A stretch of 64,000 nt of DNA from positions 38,437-102,436 of the IMG/VR virus record IMGVR_UViG_3300035497_000313; one strand, written 5' to 3'. The DNA comes from a virus (taxonomy: Duplodnaviria > Caudoviricetes). Every line of letters begins with the position of its first letter. Position 1 is the first letter of the stretch. The translations under genes and the position numbers were made by a program. Shown in pieces: positions 44,805 to 56,014 of this stretch. Under the pieces are notes generated by a model, which had not been told where the DNA came from, ran no database searches, and saw only the letters and a program-made list of their open reading frames with translations.

Positions 44805-45198
44805 TACTATTCTTATCCTCTATTTAGGAATTTTGAATCCCTTGTATCTGTTCATCTAAACTTTCTAGGCACTCTTCGTTTGTTTTTACAATTTGTGCTG
44901 GAGTATATTTATCTTCCTCAACATCACAAGATTCATAATCTTCTAAAGGTATATTTTTACTTTTATTTACTTTTCTTTCATCATATAAAAGTAAAGATTT
45001 AACCTTATCGAATATAGCATAAGTATCACAAATAGGTCGCATTGTTTCCACAAATCTATCAACAATTTCTTTATCTGCTTGACCTTGTTCATACAATTTT
45101 ATAAGTGTGTTTGCGTGTTCTCTTGCTTCGTTATACTGTTGTTCTAGTTTTCTATAATATTCTATAAAATGTTTTCTAGCCATTACTATTCTCCAGTT

Positions 45199-45651
45199 TT
45201 ATTTTATTATTAATTGTTTTGTGCTCACTTTTCCATCAGATGTAGATATATCACCTGTAACACTTAGTCCACCATTAGTTGTGGATATATCACCCTTAGC
45301 GGATATTGCCCCACTAGATGTTATAGCTCCAACAAATATAGGTAAATCTACTGTCGCTTTTAAGTTATTGATTTCAACAAGGTCGTCAACAGAATCTACT
45401 GATTGTTTTATATAAAATCCACTCTCATCAACACTTGCCGAATATGAAGTACTATCATTATATAAAAGTGTATCAGTAACTACAGCATAAAGTTGTTCAA
45501 CTGTTGCCGAGCCGTCTCCAATCTTTAACCAACTTCTACCCTTAGTATCATTTGTATTTCCTTCAACTTCAATCGGAGTGCCATCTGGGAAAACTAAACT
45601 ATCAATATTCGTTCCTTGTCCTCTTGCTATTCTTATTTTAGAATCTGCCAC
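45199..45651 (-). CDS. possible tail-fibre N-terminal (Mtd_N-like) domain protein
   Basis: G.P..E...LKIGDG...QL pattern. Confidence 0.4.
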   Translation of the reverse strand: MADSKIRIARGQGTNIDSLVFPDGTPIEVEGNTNDTKGRSWLKIGDGSATVEQLYAVVTDTLLYNDSTSYSASVDESGFYIKQSVDSVDDLVEINNLKATVDLPIFVGAITSSGAISAKGDISTTNGGLSVTGDISTSDGKVSTKQLIIK

Positions 45652-46208
45652 TTAATCTCCCTCCGACTTATTTATAAATAAAACTATTTTATTATAATCA
45701 CTTTCATAATCACCAATAATTGTTACAGACATAAATGGTGAATTTTTCATATTATAAATTCTTACCCAACCGCTATCATTTACTGTTGTAGCATCGTCAT
45801 TAGAATCAAAATCATTATTTTTATCTAACTTTGACATTACTACACCAAGTTTATCAGAGTCAGTAATTTCTACTGTTGCTTGTATTCCACTTTCAGAATT
45901 TGTTATATCAACATTTTCGGATAAGTTTAATCTGTTCTTTACGAAATCTTTAATGTAAGTTTCGTTCTCGTCCACTTCTTCTAAAATTAATTTCATTTAA
46001 AAACCTCTAATACAACTATAATTATAGTGTATTAGAGGTATTCTGTCAATTTATAAAATATTTTGTTTTTATTTCTTCGTCTGATTTATTTTTTAATTTT
46101 TTATAACAACTTTTACATAAATGTATTTTTACATAATTATATTCACAATCATCTTTTGTTTTTATATCTATATAAGTTGTAGCTGGTTTATTACAGATAA
46201 AACATTTA

Positions 46209-47552
46209 TCATTTAACATCTAAAATATCATCCCCATCCTTTATATCAATAGCTTTTTTATATGACCCATCAGACATTAATATCAAATGTTCAGGGTCTA
46301 ATCTTATTACAGTTCCATCTTCTAACTGTAATTCACATAACTCATTTGTTTCTTTTGTTATTATAGAATTTGCTTTATTGCTTTGTATTTCCTGTTTTTG
46401 TGTATACTCATTATAAATATATATAAATTTATTTTTTACATCTTTTATGGGAACAAATTCGTCATTTCCGTTATTATTTAAACATTTTACAAGTGTGTCA
46501 CCATCTAAACAAAATACGTGTTGACCTAAAGTGTGTTGGTCTTTTGAACCAATTACAATGTTTATATTTTTATTAGGTTGGTATCTCGCTGTATGACCTC
46601 TACCTATCCAAGTTCCGTGCTCATTAAACCAAGGACTGATTTTAACGTGTTTAGTAAACTCTGCATAAGCAACTTTTTCTACCAAGTCTAATGTTACGTT
46701 GAACATAGAAAAAGTTATTGTATCTTTAGGGGGTAAACCGTAATACTCATTAGGATTTCTTAGACACATCATTTGATATAATACATAAGCAAAACCAAGT
46801 ACAGCAGCTGTCGTTTTGCCAGCACCAATTGAACCAGTGAAAATGCAATTTGAACTATATATCCCACAACTTAATGCGAAGTTGTGATTTTCAGGTACTT
46901 CTATGTCATAAACTTCTTCCGTATTATATTTTTCTATTGAAATAAATTTTATACATTCCGAATTATCTGCTGGCTGTAAAAATTCTTCATTTGTCTGTAA
47001 TTCGTCAGCTCGTTTGTATTTTCCATTAGACATTAAAAATTTATGATTTTTAGTACATAACACAGACTTGCCATTACTCAATAAAACTTTATAAACATCT
47101 TTTTTTCCTAAATTTTTACCAATAGAAATTAAAGATTGTTCATATTTATTTGTATCTAAATTAAACGAATTTACAAATATCTGTTCACCGCTATTTACTC
47201 TTTTACAAAGATTACAAAGATTATCTTCTGTTCCGTCAGACAGTTGTATAAGTGTATCACCTGTTAGACATTCGTTGAACACTTTACCTTTATTAAATAT
47301 ATTTTCGAGTGTTTCTAACCAAAACGGATATACAGTATTATTTTCATCCCAAGAATTACCTAAATATTGTTTTGATAACACAAATGTTCTTATATCAACT
47401 GGTATTTCGTCATAATCTTTGTATATTAAGTTTTTGTACTCGGCTGAATTTCCGTTATTTACAAACTCGTTTAATATCTTTAAAGTTTCTTCTCTTTCGG
47501 AAGGACTTAATTCAGCAAGTAAACTTTCTATATTTTCTATCGAATTACTCAA
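46209..47552 (-). CDS. terminase large subunit, N-terminal fragment with a mini-intein and a split N-intein
   Basis: YLG...YPFW; Walker A GSIGAGKTT; sequence breaks just before the expected Walker B. Confidence 0.8.
   Translation of the reverse strand: MSNSIENIESLLAELSPSEREETLKILNEFVNNGNSAEYKNLIYKDYDEIPVDIRTFVLSKQYLGNSWDENNTVYPFWLETLENIFNKGKVFNECLTGDTLIQLSDGTEDNLCNLCKRVNSGEQIFVNSFNLDTNKYEQSLISIGKNLGKKDVYKVLLSNGKSVLCTKNHKFLMSNGKYKRADELQTNEEFLQPADNSECIKFISIEKYNTEEVYDIEVPENHNFALSCGIYSSNCIFTGSIGAGKTTAAVLGFAYVLYQMMCLRNPNEYYGLPPKDTITFSMFNVTLDLVEKVAYAEFTKHVKISPWFNEHGTWIGRGHTARYQPNKNINIVIGSKDQHTLGQHVFCLDGDTLVKCLNNNGNDEFVPIKDVKNKFIYIYNEYTQKQEIQSNKANSIITKETNELCELQLEDGTVIRLDPEHLILMSDGSYKKAIDIKDGDDILDVK
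46212..46511 (-). mobile_element. split intein N-fragment (100 aa)
   Basis: CLDGDT...IRLDPEHLIL...KKAIDIKDGDDIL then stop; no C-terminal intein blocks. Confidence 0.85.
46848..47270 (-). mobile_element. mini-intein (141 aa, no endonuclease)
   Basis: CLTGDT...CTKNHKF...VYDIEVPENHNF...SSN/C. Confidence 0.92.
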
Positions 47553-48168
47553 TTATGTCGTCCTCTGAATTTAAAATTGTTTCTTGTTCTTGTTTTTCAT
47601 CTTCAAACATTATAGGTTGTGTATCGTCTGTATCACAGCTATCTACTGGAATTGCCCTTAACTTTTCCAATGAAGCAGCGACAGCTAATTTTATTTTCTC
47701 TCTTGAACTCGGTGAAAAATCATTGTATGTATTTTGTATAACAGATACATTAACTATGTTATTTACTTTTTCTGTTGTATCGTTCAACTCTTTCACAATA
47801 TCATTAGATTTTTGTATTTCTTCTGATATTTGTTTTGATAATAACAATAATGTTTCTGTCTTTAAATAAGAATCTTGCGCTCTTTCTATTATTTTATTAT
47901 CAATTACGTCTTGTAGTTCTGTCAGTTTTGCTATTCTTATTAAACTTCTTTTATACATACTTAACTTAAATAGCGGTATGTATTCACTTAAAGAAGAAGG
48001 ATTCTTTGCCTTAATTATCTTCTTAGTTAAAGTTGTAATATCACCGTTTTTACCAATTATTTTTTTCCAATCAACTTCAGTTGCTGAAACATCATTATTT
48101 GTAGGTGTAACTGGTTTACTAGTTAATTCTATATCTTCTGAATTATCTCTATAATCTTTCCAACCCAT
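47545..48168 (-). CDS. putative terminase small subunit
   Basis: Overlaps the start of the large subunit; helical; inferred from position only. Confidence 0.35.
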   Translation of the reverse strand: MGWKDYRDNSEDIELTSKPVTPTNNDVSATEVDWKKIIGKNGDITTLTKKIIKAKNPSSLSEYIPLFKLSMYKRSLIRIAKLTELQDVIDNKIIERAQDSYLKTETLLLLSKQISEEIQKSNDIVKELNDTTEKVNNIVNVSVIQNTYNDFSPSSREKIKLAVAASLEKLRAIPVDSCDTDDTQPIMFEDEKQEQETILNSEDDIIE

Positions 48169-49736
48169 TTTATACTCCTAAATAGAATCAAATGATTTTT
48201 GTATTGTGTCTATAAAATCACTTTCAGCTTTATTCTGTAATAAATCTGTATTGTACGTTATACTGTCTTTCAATATTTTTGTAAATGGTTCATAAGGTGA
48301 AAAATGACAGATTAGTTTTTTTCCTCTTACACTTATTTCCAAATCCCCATACGGACTTAAAGGCACAATATAGTCAACTCCCTTTTTATTTACCTTTCTC
48401 GGAGCGGTATTCTGTTGACAAATTATATGTGAAATCGTCAATTGCTGTAAATCAAATATCTTTTGCACCACTACATTTGGCAAGCCAGTTAAATTAGCTA
48501 TTGTTTCTGATTGTGTAAAACCTTTCATTTCATTCACCACTTTGCAAAGAACCTACAACGCTATCAAACGCTCTGTCAAGTCGTTTTGAATAATCTAAAA
48601 GTGTTTTTTCCAAAGTATTCTCTACTCCTTGCCGTAAAATATCTTTTATGTCAGCTTGTTCTAACTTAATTAAATTATCGAGCATCATTTTTGTTGTCAT
48701 TGTGTGTCCTATTAAATGTAGTTATTATAGAATCTAATTCCATTATTTTCTTCTTTATCTGTGGTATATCATCTTTATCATACTTTATCCCAGCTTTTGT
48801 TAATGCTTCTCTAAATGTCTTTCCGTTTACCCTAAGTTCTTGATAAACGACTAACATTCTTGTAGCGTTCACTAGCTCTGAAATATCTGGTATCGTTATC
48901 GTTTGTCCTTCATAATATTTTAAAAATCTAAATAAACTATCTTTATCAATAATATAAGGCAGTTCACTTAGTGTTGCATATTTTGTACTATCAGATAATT
49001 TATACAAAGAAAATAAAGCCAATGAATATAAATCAGATGATTGTAATATATCTAAATTAGTCTGTGTCCTCGAATCGTCCAGTTTCCGCATACATCATTC
49101 CTCTCAACATATCTTGTGTTATTGTGTTCTCATCACTTATCATTGTGTTCAATTCGTCATATAGTGATTCACGTACACGTTTATATAAATAATCTACTTG
49201 CCAAATAAAATCATTACTTTTTCGCATATATATTTTTCGTTTTTTATAAAAAGTAAATAATACGGATAAATAACAATCTTGTTTATAATTAATATCATTT
49301 GAACGACAATTCTTATATACAATAGTTTTTATTGTTTTAGGAATATCTTTTATATAGCTTGAAATCTCTACAGCACGAACAGTATTATAAGAAGATACAT
49401 AACCTCTATAATTATATTTATCTACTACGTCTAATCCGTCACTAACTAAATACTTATCATCATTATATGAGTGCATCTTTTGTAAATATTTTACATATGC
49501 TCCTTTTAATGAACCTTTCATATATGCAAATACATTTACTTTCTTTTTCAACCTCTTTATTGAAAAATACATCTCTTCTATATAAAATAATAAAAAACTA
49601 TCTGTATACTCAAGTTTTATTTCTTTACATAAAGAACTAGAATAAAAAATAGATTCGCAACATTTTTTAATTACCTCTAAAAAATAATCATCATATCTTT
49701 TTTCTGTTATTAAATTTTCCAGCTCTTTAAACTGAT

Positions 49737-51650
49737 TCATGACACAGTTTCAACAATTGAATATCCTTGTTCTAATTTTGTTACACGCAATACTTTATCT
49801 GTCGGTACAGCAATATCGCTATGATGTGTAATAATAAATACACTTGAAATATCGTTTAAATTATTTATTATTAGGTCAATTAATTTATCACAACCGATAC
49901 TGTCTAAGTTATCAAATACTTCATCTAATACAAGTATATTACAACTAAAACCTATTGTAGATATAAGCATATCTCTTAAAGCAAACTGTACAATTAAATC
50001 TATTTTTTGTCTTTCACCACCAGATAAGTTTTCATAATCTTTATTACAAAATCTTATCTTTATTGCATTGGAATCTAAAACAAATTCTATATAATCATTA
50101 TTGAACATTGTTCTAGCATAATGTTTAGCTCTTTCTTGTATATAGTTTATACAGTCTAATAACAGATATCCTCTAAATTCACGTGAACAATAACTTAACA
50201 GTTTATTAACACATTCAAATCTTTCATTTAATGTATCTAACTGTTTTCTATATTCTACTATATCCAATTCAGTTTTTTCAACATTTTTATTTAACTTTTC
50301 GTTTTCTTCTTCGAGTAATTGTATTTTAGTATTTACAGTTTTAGCTTCATCTTCTATCTTAGTTTTTTCTATTTTTAAATCTGAAATGTAATCACTTAAT
50401 CCTTTCTGTCTATTTAAGTTCTCGTATATTATATCTTTTTTATTTTTAATAGTTGTTTTACATTGTTTAATATTATCTTTCAATGTTTCTTGTTTAATTG
50501 ATATACTACGCATAAAAGAACCTTTTTGTTCTAACGTATTATAGAGTGTTATTCGGTCGTTTTTACGACTTTCTAGTTCTTTTGTGTATAAAGTTACATC
50601 ATTCTCTAAACTGCTTGTATCTGGCTTAAATATGCCCTCAAAAGGTCTACCACAAGTAGGACAAACAGTTTGCACATTTTTAAGTTTTGTAATTTCTTTT
50701 TGTATATTTTGAATATTTACAGATAAAGCTGTTGTTTGATTATCATAGTCGGACAACTCTTTACTTGCTTTTTCATATTCTTTAAAAATAGTTGTATTCG
50801 TAGATATTAAATCATTTAATTCTTTTTCAAATATTTCCAACTGTTCATTTGTTGTATTAATATCTTCCTTACAAAGTGTTATTGTATTTTCACTATTATT
50901 AATTCCGTCATTAGTTCGACTTATTTGCAAATCTATTTCAGCAAGTTTTTCACTATTATTGTAATTCTTTAAGTCTTGTATCTTCAATTCATTATCTTTA
51001 ATTGTTTGTTGATTATTTGTGATAACATACTGTCTATTTGATATATCTTTTGAAATTTCATTTATATCATTTTGTAAAGTTGCTTTTCTTTCAGTTAGTC
51101 TATTTTTAATTTCCTCAACCATATAATCCGACTTTGAAAGATTTTCAAGAATTGCTTTTCTACCACTAGGTGTATTATTTGTAAACCTCTGTGGAAGTCC
51201 TTGTCCTAAGACTACAACAGAACCTAAAAATTGTATATCAACATCTGGTAAATGTTGTTCTAAAATTTGCTGTGTTTCTCTTAATCCTTTACCTGAAATG
51301 TCTTCACCATTTATATAAAGTTTAAGATTATTTTTAAATTCTACATCGTCTTTATATCTAACAATTCTATATTCGTTTCCGTCTACTTCCATTAAAAGAT
51401 TTACAGAACAACCTTCACCATTGCCGTATATATTATTTACGTCAGTTGTTCCTCTAATAGTAGTTCCTGTTAATGCCCATACAATGGATTCAAAAAGTGT
51501 ACTCTTACCACTACCATTACTTTTAGCATTATCTGTAGGATTATTATTAACACCCTCTACAAGTGTAAAACCTTGATTATCCAACTCAATATAAGCAGAT
51601 TGAAAAGACATAAAATTTTTAATTCTTACATCTTTAAATATTATGTTCAT
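49737..51650 (-). CDS. sbcC: SbcC/Rad50-like ATPase
   Basis: GSGKST, coiled coil with CPTC hook, LSGGE, ILVLDE. Confidence 0.9.
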   Translation of the reverse strand: MNIIFKDVRIKNFMSFQSAYIELDNQGFTLVEGVNNNPTDNAKSNGSGKSTLFESIVWALTGTTIRGTTDVNNIYGNGEGCSVNLLMEVDGNEYRIVRYKDDVEFKNNLKLYINGEDISGKGLRETQQILEQHLPDVDIQFLGSVVVLGQGLPQRFTNNTPSGRKAILENLSKSDYMVEEIKNRLTERKATLQNDINEISKDISNRQYVITNNQQTIKDNELKIQDLKNYNNSEKLAEIDLQISRTNDGINNSENTITLCKEDINTTNEQLEIFEKELNDLISTNTTIFKEYEKASKELSDYDNQTTALSVNIQNIQKEITKLKNVQTVCPTCGRPFEGIFKPDTSSLENDVTLYTKELESRKNDRITLYNTLEQKGSFMRSISIKQETLKDNIKQCKTTIKNKKDIIYENLNRQKGLSDYISDLKIEKTKIEDEAKTVNTKIQLLEEENEKLNKNVEKTELDIVEYRKQLDTLNERFECVNKLLSYCSREFRGYLLLDCINYIQERAKHYARTMFNNDYIEFVLDSNAIKIRFCNKDYENLSGGERQKIDLIVQFALRDMLISTIGFSCNILVLDEVFDNLDSIGCDKLIDLIINNLNDISSVFIITHHSDIAVPTDKVLRVTKLEQGYSIVETVS

Positions 51651-52705
51651 TGTCTTATGCCCTCAATTTCTTCCATCATTATTTTATAATTTATAGAATT
51701 TGTATCAAATTTTTGTGCTACAAATTGTTTTAGTTTATCGTAATGATTTAAACTTGTAAAATGATTTTCTGTTTCTGTATTTACAATAACTTTTTGGTCT
51801 GAATAATCTAAAACTATTCTACAATACAAAAATAAATCGGAATTAAACTCTTGTACTTCTTTCGCATAATCACCTAAACTACTAGGTACTTTCATACTTA
51901 CAACATTAGGTCTATCAAATTGTAATGTGTCAATAAAATTGTCTATCTCTTCTTTTGATTTTAATTGTACGGTATAAAATAAAAAAGCATAAGGATTTTC
52001 TATTAGTTCAACTTTTAAAGTTTCTGTATCTAATATTGCTATTGACGGCTTCCAATTATTTTGTAAACAATTATTACTAAAATTAAGACCTGTTACAGAA
52101 CCTAAATTTAAAATTTTATTATTAACCCAACTTCCGTTATGAATATGTCCGTTTATAAATAATGAACAGTTATTGTTTATATCTTCTAAATCATAACCAA
52201 ATTCCGATATATAACCACCATAATTAACACCCTTTAAATCATTGTGTGAAAGTATTATAGTAGTATTGTTTTCCAAAGCAGCTGTAATCTCTTTTATTTT
52301 AGTAAAATCCTCTTTCTTAGGCTCATTTGTATATGGAAGAAGAAATATATTTTGCCATAAAAATAATGTAGTGGGTGTAGTTATAACGTGGTTAGGTTTA
52401 AATATATTTACTGCATTATATGATAAATCTTTTTTATTAGAATCGTGATTACCTACAATAAAATAGTGTTCCGCTAAATTGAAATCTTGTACCGCCGTAA
52501 TCTCTTCTGCTGTTAAATTACAACTATCAAATAAATCACCTAAACAAATTATCCTTTCACAATTTTGTACTTTTGCTGTTTCGTTTATCCAATCAAAAGT
52601 TTTCTTTAAATATTCAAGTCTTGTAGAATACTTATCCCCTCTTGAACGTATTACAGAACTATTTGTACATATATGTGGGTCTGCATATAACAATAATTTA
52701 CTCAT
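51647..52705 (-). CDS. sbcD: SbcD/Mre11-like nuclease
   Basis: ADPH, LGDLFD, GNHD, GHIH. Confidence 0.88.
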   Translation of the reverse strand: MSKLLLYADPHICTNSSVIRSRGDKYSTRLEYLKKTFDWINETAKVQNCERIICLGDLFDSCNLTAEEITAVQDFNLAEHYFIVGNHDSNKKDLSYNAVNIFKPNHVITTPTTLFLWQNIFLLPYTNEPKKEDFTKIKEITAALENNTTIILSHNDLKGVNYGGYISEFGYDLEDINNNCSLFINGHIHNGSWVNNKILNLGSVTGLNFSNNCLQNNWKPSIAILDTETLKVELIENPYAFLFYTVQLKSKEEIDNFIDTLQFDRPNVVSMKVPSSLGDYAKEVQEFNSDLFLYCRIVLDYSDQKVIVNTETENHFTSLNHYDKLKQFVAQKFDTNSINYKIMMEEIEGIRQ

Positions 52706-52856
52706 TTTTTAATAACTTCTCCTTCAAAAGTTTATTAACTTTAAATTTCTTACGCATTACTTTTTCATAACAAATCGGTCCATATCCAAGTCGTCTTGAA
52801 TCCAAATCTTTTAATGGTCTACCACATAATTTACAAATATTTGAAAGTTTTTCCAT
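52698..52856 (-). CDS. small zinc-finger protein (DUF6011-like, 52 aa)
   Basis: CKLCGRPLKD..S..LGYGPIC. Confidence 0.6.
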   Translation of the reverse strand: MEKLSNICKLCGRPLKDLDSRRLGYGPICYEKVMRKKFKVNKLLKEKLLKNE

Positions 52857-53770
52857 TATAGTATCTCCACCAAAAAATAAGTAACGCTCTGTTCTTCGTC
52901 CATTAAACCTGTCTTTACGGCTGTATCTATTTTTCTTAATAATGTCAAAGCTCGTATAAGTTCTTTATTCGTATATTTATTTGCTCTGTTTCTACATAAG
53001 TTTAAAATAAACGAATTTAAACCAGTTGATTCTGGTGTAGGACTTTTCGACATTTGAAAACCTATTTGTTGTCTAAAATTATTATAAAGTACTGAAAGCA
53101 ATCTAATATTCGGTTCGGCTGTCAATCTGCAATTCTCATATTCACTAAAACTTTTAGCTTTATTTCTATTTATTACAGCATCAGAAAAATTAAAAATCGA
53201 ATCTGGTATTTCCCTATAAATAGCACCTTCGTTTACAAACTTTATGAACAATTTATCAACATCATATTCTTTAAACAATTTTAATTTATCTATCTCTAAC
53301 AATATTCGTGCATAGTCCATTTGACAACAGTCTAAAAGTATGTCAATATTTTTATCATTTAAACCTATTAAACTCCTAACTTTCGGTTTTAATATTGACT
53401 TATCTACTCTGTCAAATGTTACTGTATATTCTTCAAACTTTTTATAAAATTTACTTCTTTTATCAATACTTGAATATATAAGTACTACGTTTCCTCTTCT
53501 TCTAAAAAGTTTATCCCAAATTTCTTCTTGCGTTGTAAATTTTTTATCTTCACGAATAATTACTAGCTTATTTCCAACTGGTATAAAAGATTTTATTCTT
53601 CCAGTTGAAATATAGTCATAAACATTTTCTTGTCGTTCTTCTTGACATTTAAGTACTTTCTTCATTTCAGACAAATACAAATCAATCAAGCCTAATTCAT
53701 CACCCGTAAATATATAAAAGTTATTCAATTTTCTATTTAATATACTATTTTTTAATTCAGCTAATTCCAC
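52856..53770 (-). CDS. holA: DNA polymerase III delta-like clamp loader subunit
   Basis: YIFTGDE, DKRSKFYK, LEIDKL, IDTAVKTG; context. Confidence 0.75.
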   Translation of the reverse strand: MELAELKNSILNRKLNNFYIFTGDELGLIDLYLSEMKKVLKCQEERQENVYDYISTGRIKSFIPVGNKLVIIREDKKFTTQEEIWDKLFRRRGNVVLIYSSIDKRSKFYKKFEEYTVTFDRVDKSILKPKVRSLIGLNDKNIDILLDCCQMDYARILLEIDKLKLFKEYDVDKLFIKFVNEGAIYREIPDSIFNFSDAVINRNKAKSFSEYENCRLTAEPNIRLLSVLYNNFRQQIGFQMSKSPTPESTGLNSFILNLCRNRANKYTNKELIRALTLLRKIDTAVKTGLMDEEQSVTYFLVEIL

Positions 53771-54606
53771 AATTTATATGCCTCAATTAATATAGCATCA
53801 ACTAACATTGATTTATTTGTATTTTTACTAAATGCCAACCTTCGACTGTCTGCAATAATATCAATAAATTTTACATATTTTTGTCTTGCTATTGTATTTA
53901 CATTTTTGTCTAATAACTTCAATCTTAATCTATTCTGCAAACAATTACAAAATATAGTCAATGGATAGTTATCTTCTTTATCTTTATCCGAAGTCTTTAT
54001 TGTGCTTGTAATCTTTAAAATATTTGCCAATGTAGCTTTATGCAAGTTATTAACAATATTGTCACAATCTTCAACTAAATCTTTTGTATTTATATTAGTA
54101 CAACTTATTATCTCGCCTGGACACGAACAAATACTTAATATATTATTCATTTCTTCTTGTGTATATTTCGGATAATTAGTTGAAATAAATTGCCTCAATT
54201 CGTTTTGTGTATAATCTTCTAATTGATACAGTACTCCACGACTTAATACAGTACTTAATAAGTACTCTTTAGATGTACACAATAAAATTATTCTAACATT
54301 TTCTGGAGGTTCTTCTGCAACTTTTAATAAACTATTCTTTGCAGCTAAACTCATATCTTGGGCATCTTTTATTATATACAATACAGGTTGAGTATACGAA
54401 TAAGCCATTTCTATACACTGTCTTATATCGTCTATTTTATTCTCAAAATAAACTACATCACAATTTAACTTTTTAGCAATATATGTACTTAAAGTTTCTT
54501 TACCATATCCTTCATATCCGCATAATATACTAAATCTCGGAAAGTTATCTGTTTCTATTTGCTTGTCGATTAAATTTAATAAATTTCTTTGACCAACAAT
54601 TTGCAT
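53761..54606 (-). CDS. holB: delta'-like clamp loader subunit
   Basis: GYEGYGK, AKNSLLKVAEEPP, TVLSR. Confidence 0.8.
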   Translation of the reverse strand: MQIVGQRNLLNLIDKQIETDNFPRFSILCGYEGYGKETLSTYIAKKLNCDVVYFENKIDDIRQCIEMAYSYTQPVLYIIKDAQDMSLAAKNSLLKVAEEPPENVRIILLCTSKEYLLSTVLSRGVLYQLEDYTQNELRQFISTNYPKYTQEEMNNILSICSCPGEIISCTNINTKDLVEDCDNIVNNLHKATLANILKITSTIKTSDKDKEDNYPLTIFCNCLQNRLRLKLLDKNVNTIARQKYVKFIDIIADSRRLAFSKNTNKSMLVDAILIEAYKLWN

Positions 54607-55658
54607 TACTTCTTTTCTTCCTCGTCATTAAGTGCTACTAATATTATATGCGATTCTATTACAGATTTAGGATTAGTTTCATATTTTATTTTATTTCCTA
54701 AGTCAATTAAACTTTGTAAATATCCTCTTAAAAAACTAAGCTCTGCCGACACATACTCTAAATCTTTTTCATATGTTTGCGGTATTCTTATAACTAACCA
54801 ATCTTTTGTTATTGCATATTTACAACAATCTGTTATAAAATCGGTGTACGACTTTATAAATAATTTTAAATCTTTTCCGTCATTATAAATCTTATTTATT
54901 ATTTCCAGTGCATACTTACAGTTATAGTCAATTATTGCATTAGTCAAGTCAAACATTACACTGTAGTCGTTTTCACCCAGTGCTTGAATTACTATACTTA
55001 ATGTTAAGTTATCACTATAACCTAAGCATTTATCCAACAATGTAATAGCATCTCTCATTCCACCATCACTAATCTTTGCAATATACTGTAATGCAGATTC
55101 TTCATATGTGTACTTTATTTCGTCTAAATCGCTACTATCAGTCAATAAATTCTCTTGTTCGATAATATATCTAAGTCTATTTAAAATGCCGTTAAAACTT
55201 ATTTTTTGAACATTATAACGTTGCGTTCTTGATAGTATTGTTGCTGGTATTTTTTGTGGGTCTGTTGTACACATTATGAATATTGAAGATGGGTTAGGTT
55301 CTTCAAAAGTCTTTAACAATGCTTGAAATCCAGCTAAACTTGTACTATGTACTTCGTCCAATATAAATACCTTATATTTGGCAGTTAAAGGCTTCATTTT
55401 TGAACGTTCGATAATTGCCCTAACTGCATCAACTGTACCGTTAGAAGCCATATCCAGCTCTTCTATTTCACCATTTATAGCCTTTGCATAAATTCTTGCT
55501 AAGGTCGTTTTGCCCGTACCTGCAGCACCAGTTAATAATATTGTATGACAAATATTATTTGTTTCAATCTGTCTTTTTAATATATTTACTACACTCGACT
55601 GTTCGACAACATCCTCCCAAGTTTGTGGACGAAATTTTACTGCTAAAGACGTTTTCAT
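54606..55658 (-). CDS. dnaX: clamp loader gamma/tau-like ATPase
   Basis: KFRPQ, GAAGTGKT, ILDEVH, ALLKTFEEP, GGMRDA. Confidence 0.9.
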   Translation of the reverse strand: MKTSLAVKFRPQTWEDVVEQSSVVNILKRQIETNNICHTILLTGAAGTGKTTLARIYAKAINGEIEELDMASNGTVDAVRAIIERSKMKPLTAKYKVFILDEVHSTSLAGFQALLKTFEEPNPSSIFIMCTTDPQKIPATILSRTQRYNVQKISFNGILNRLRYIIEQENLLTDSSDLDEIKYTYEESALQYIAKISDGGMRDAITLLDKCLGYSDNLTLSIVIQALGENDYSVMFDLTNAIIDYNCKYALEIINKIYNDGKDLKLFIKSYTDFITDCCKYAITKDWLVIRIPQTYEKDLEYVSAELSFLRGYLQSLIDLGNKIKYETNPKSVIESHIILVALNDEEEKK

Positions 55659-55662
55659 TTAT

Positions 55663-56004
55663 CTACATTTCCTCATCTGCTCTTAATTTGTCAACTAAGT
55701 ACTGCATAAGTACTGTATCTATAATATAATAATTTTCTGTATCTGGACCAAAATTAAAAGCTACACAACTATATGATTTTCCATTTTCATATGCTTCTAA
55801 TTTTATTTTATCTATCCATTCCTTTTTAATGGCAAAAGATTTTTGTTCCTTTGTACAAGTTTTACATTCAACGGCAATTTTATTTCCAATTCGTACATCA
55901 CCTTTACTCCAAGGTGTTGCACCACTATTTGCTACCTGTTTACCGTCTAAATCCTTTGCTACACTTTTTTCTTGCTTATCACTATAATAACGTGTCGGAA
56001 GCAT
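55663..56004 (-). CDS. PD-(D/E)xK nuclease, resolvase-like
   Basis: SGA...GDV...VECK. Confidence 0.65.
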   Translation of the reverse strand: MLPTRYYSDKQEKSVAKDLDGKQVANSGATPWSKGDVRIGNKIAVECKTCTKEQKSFAIKKEWIDKIKLEAYENGKSYSCVAFNFGPDTENYYIIDTVLMQYLVDKLRADEEM

Positions 56005-56014
56005 TGTTCTTTTC

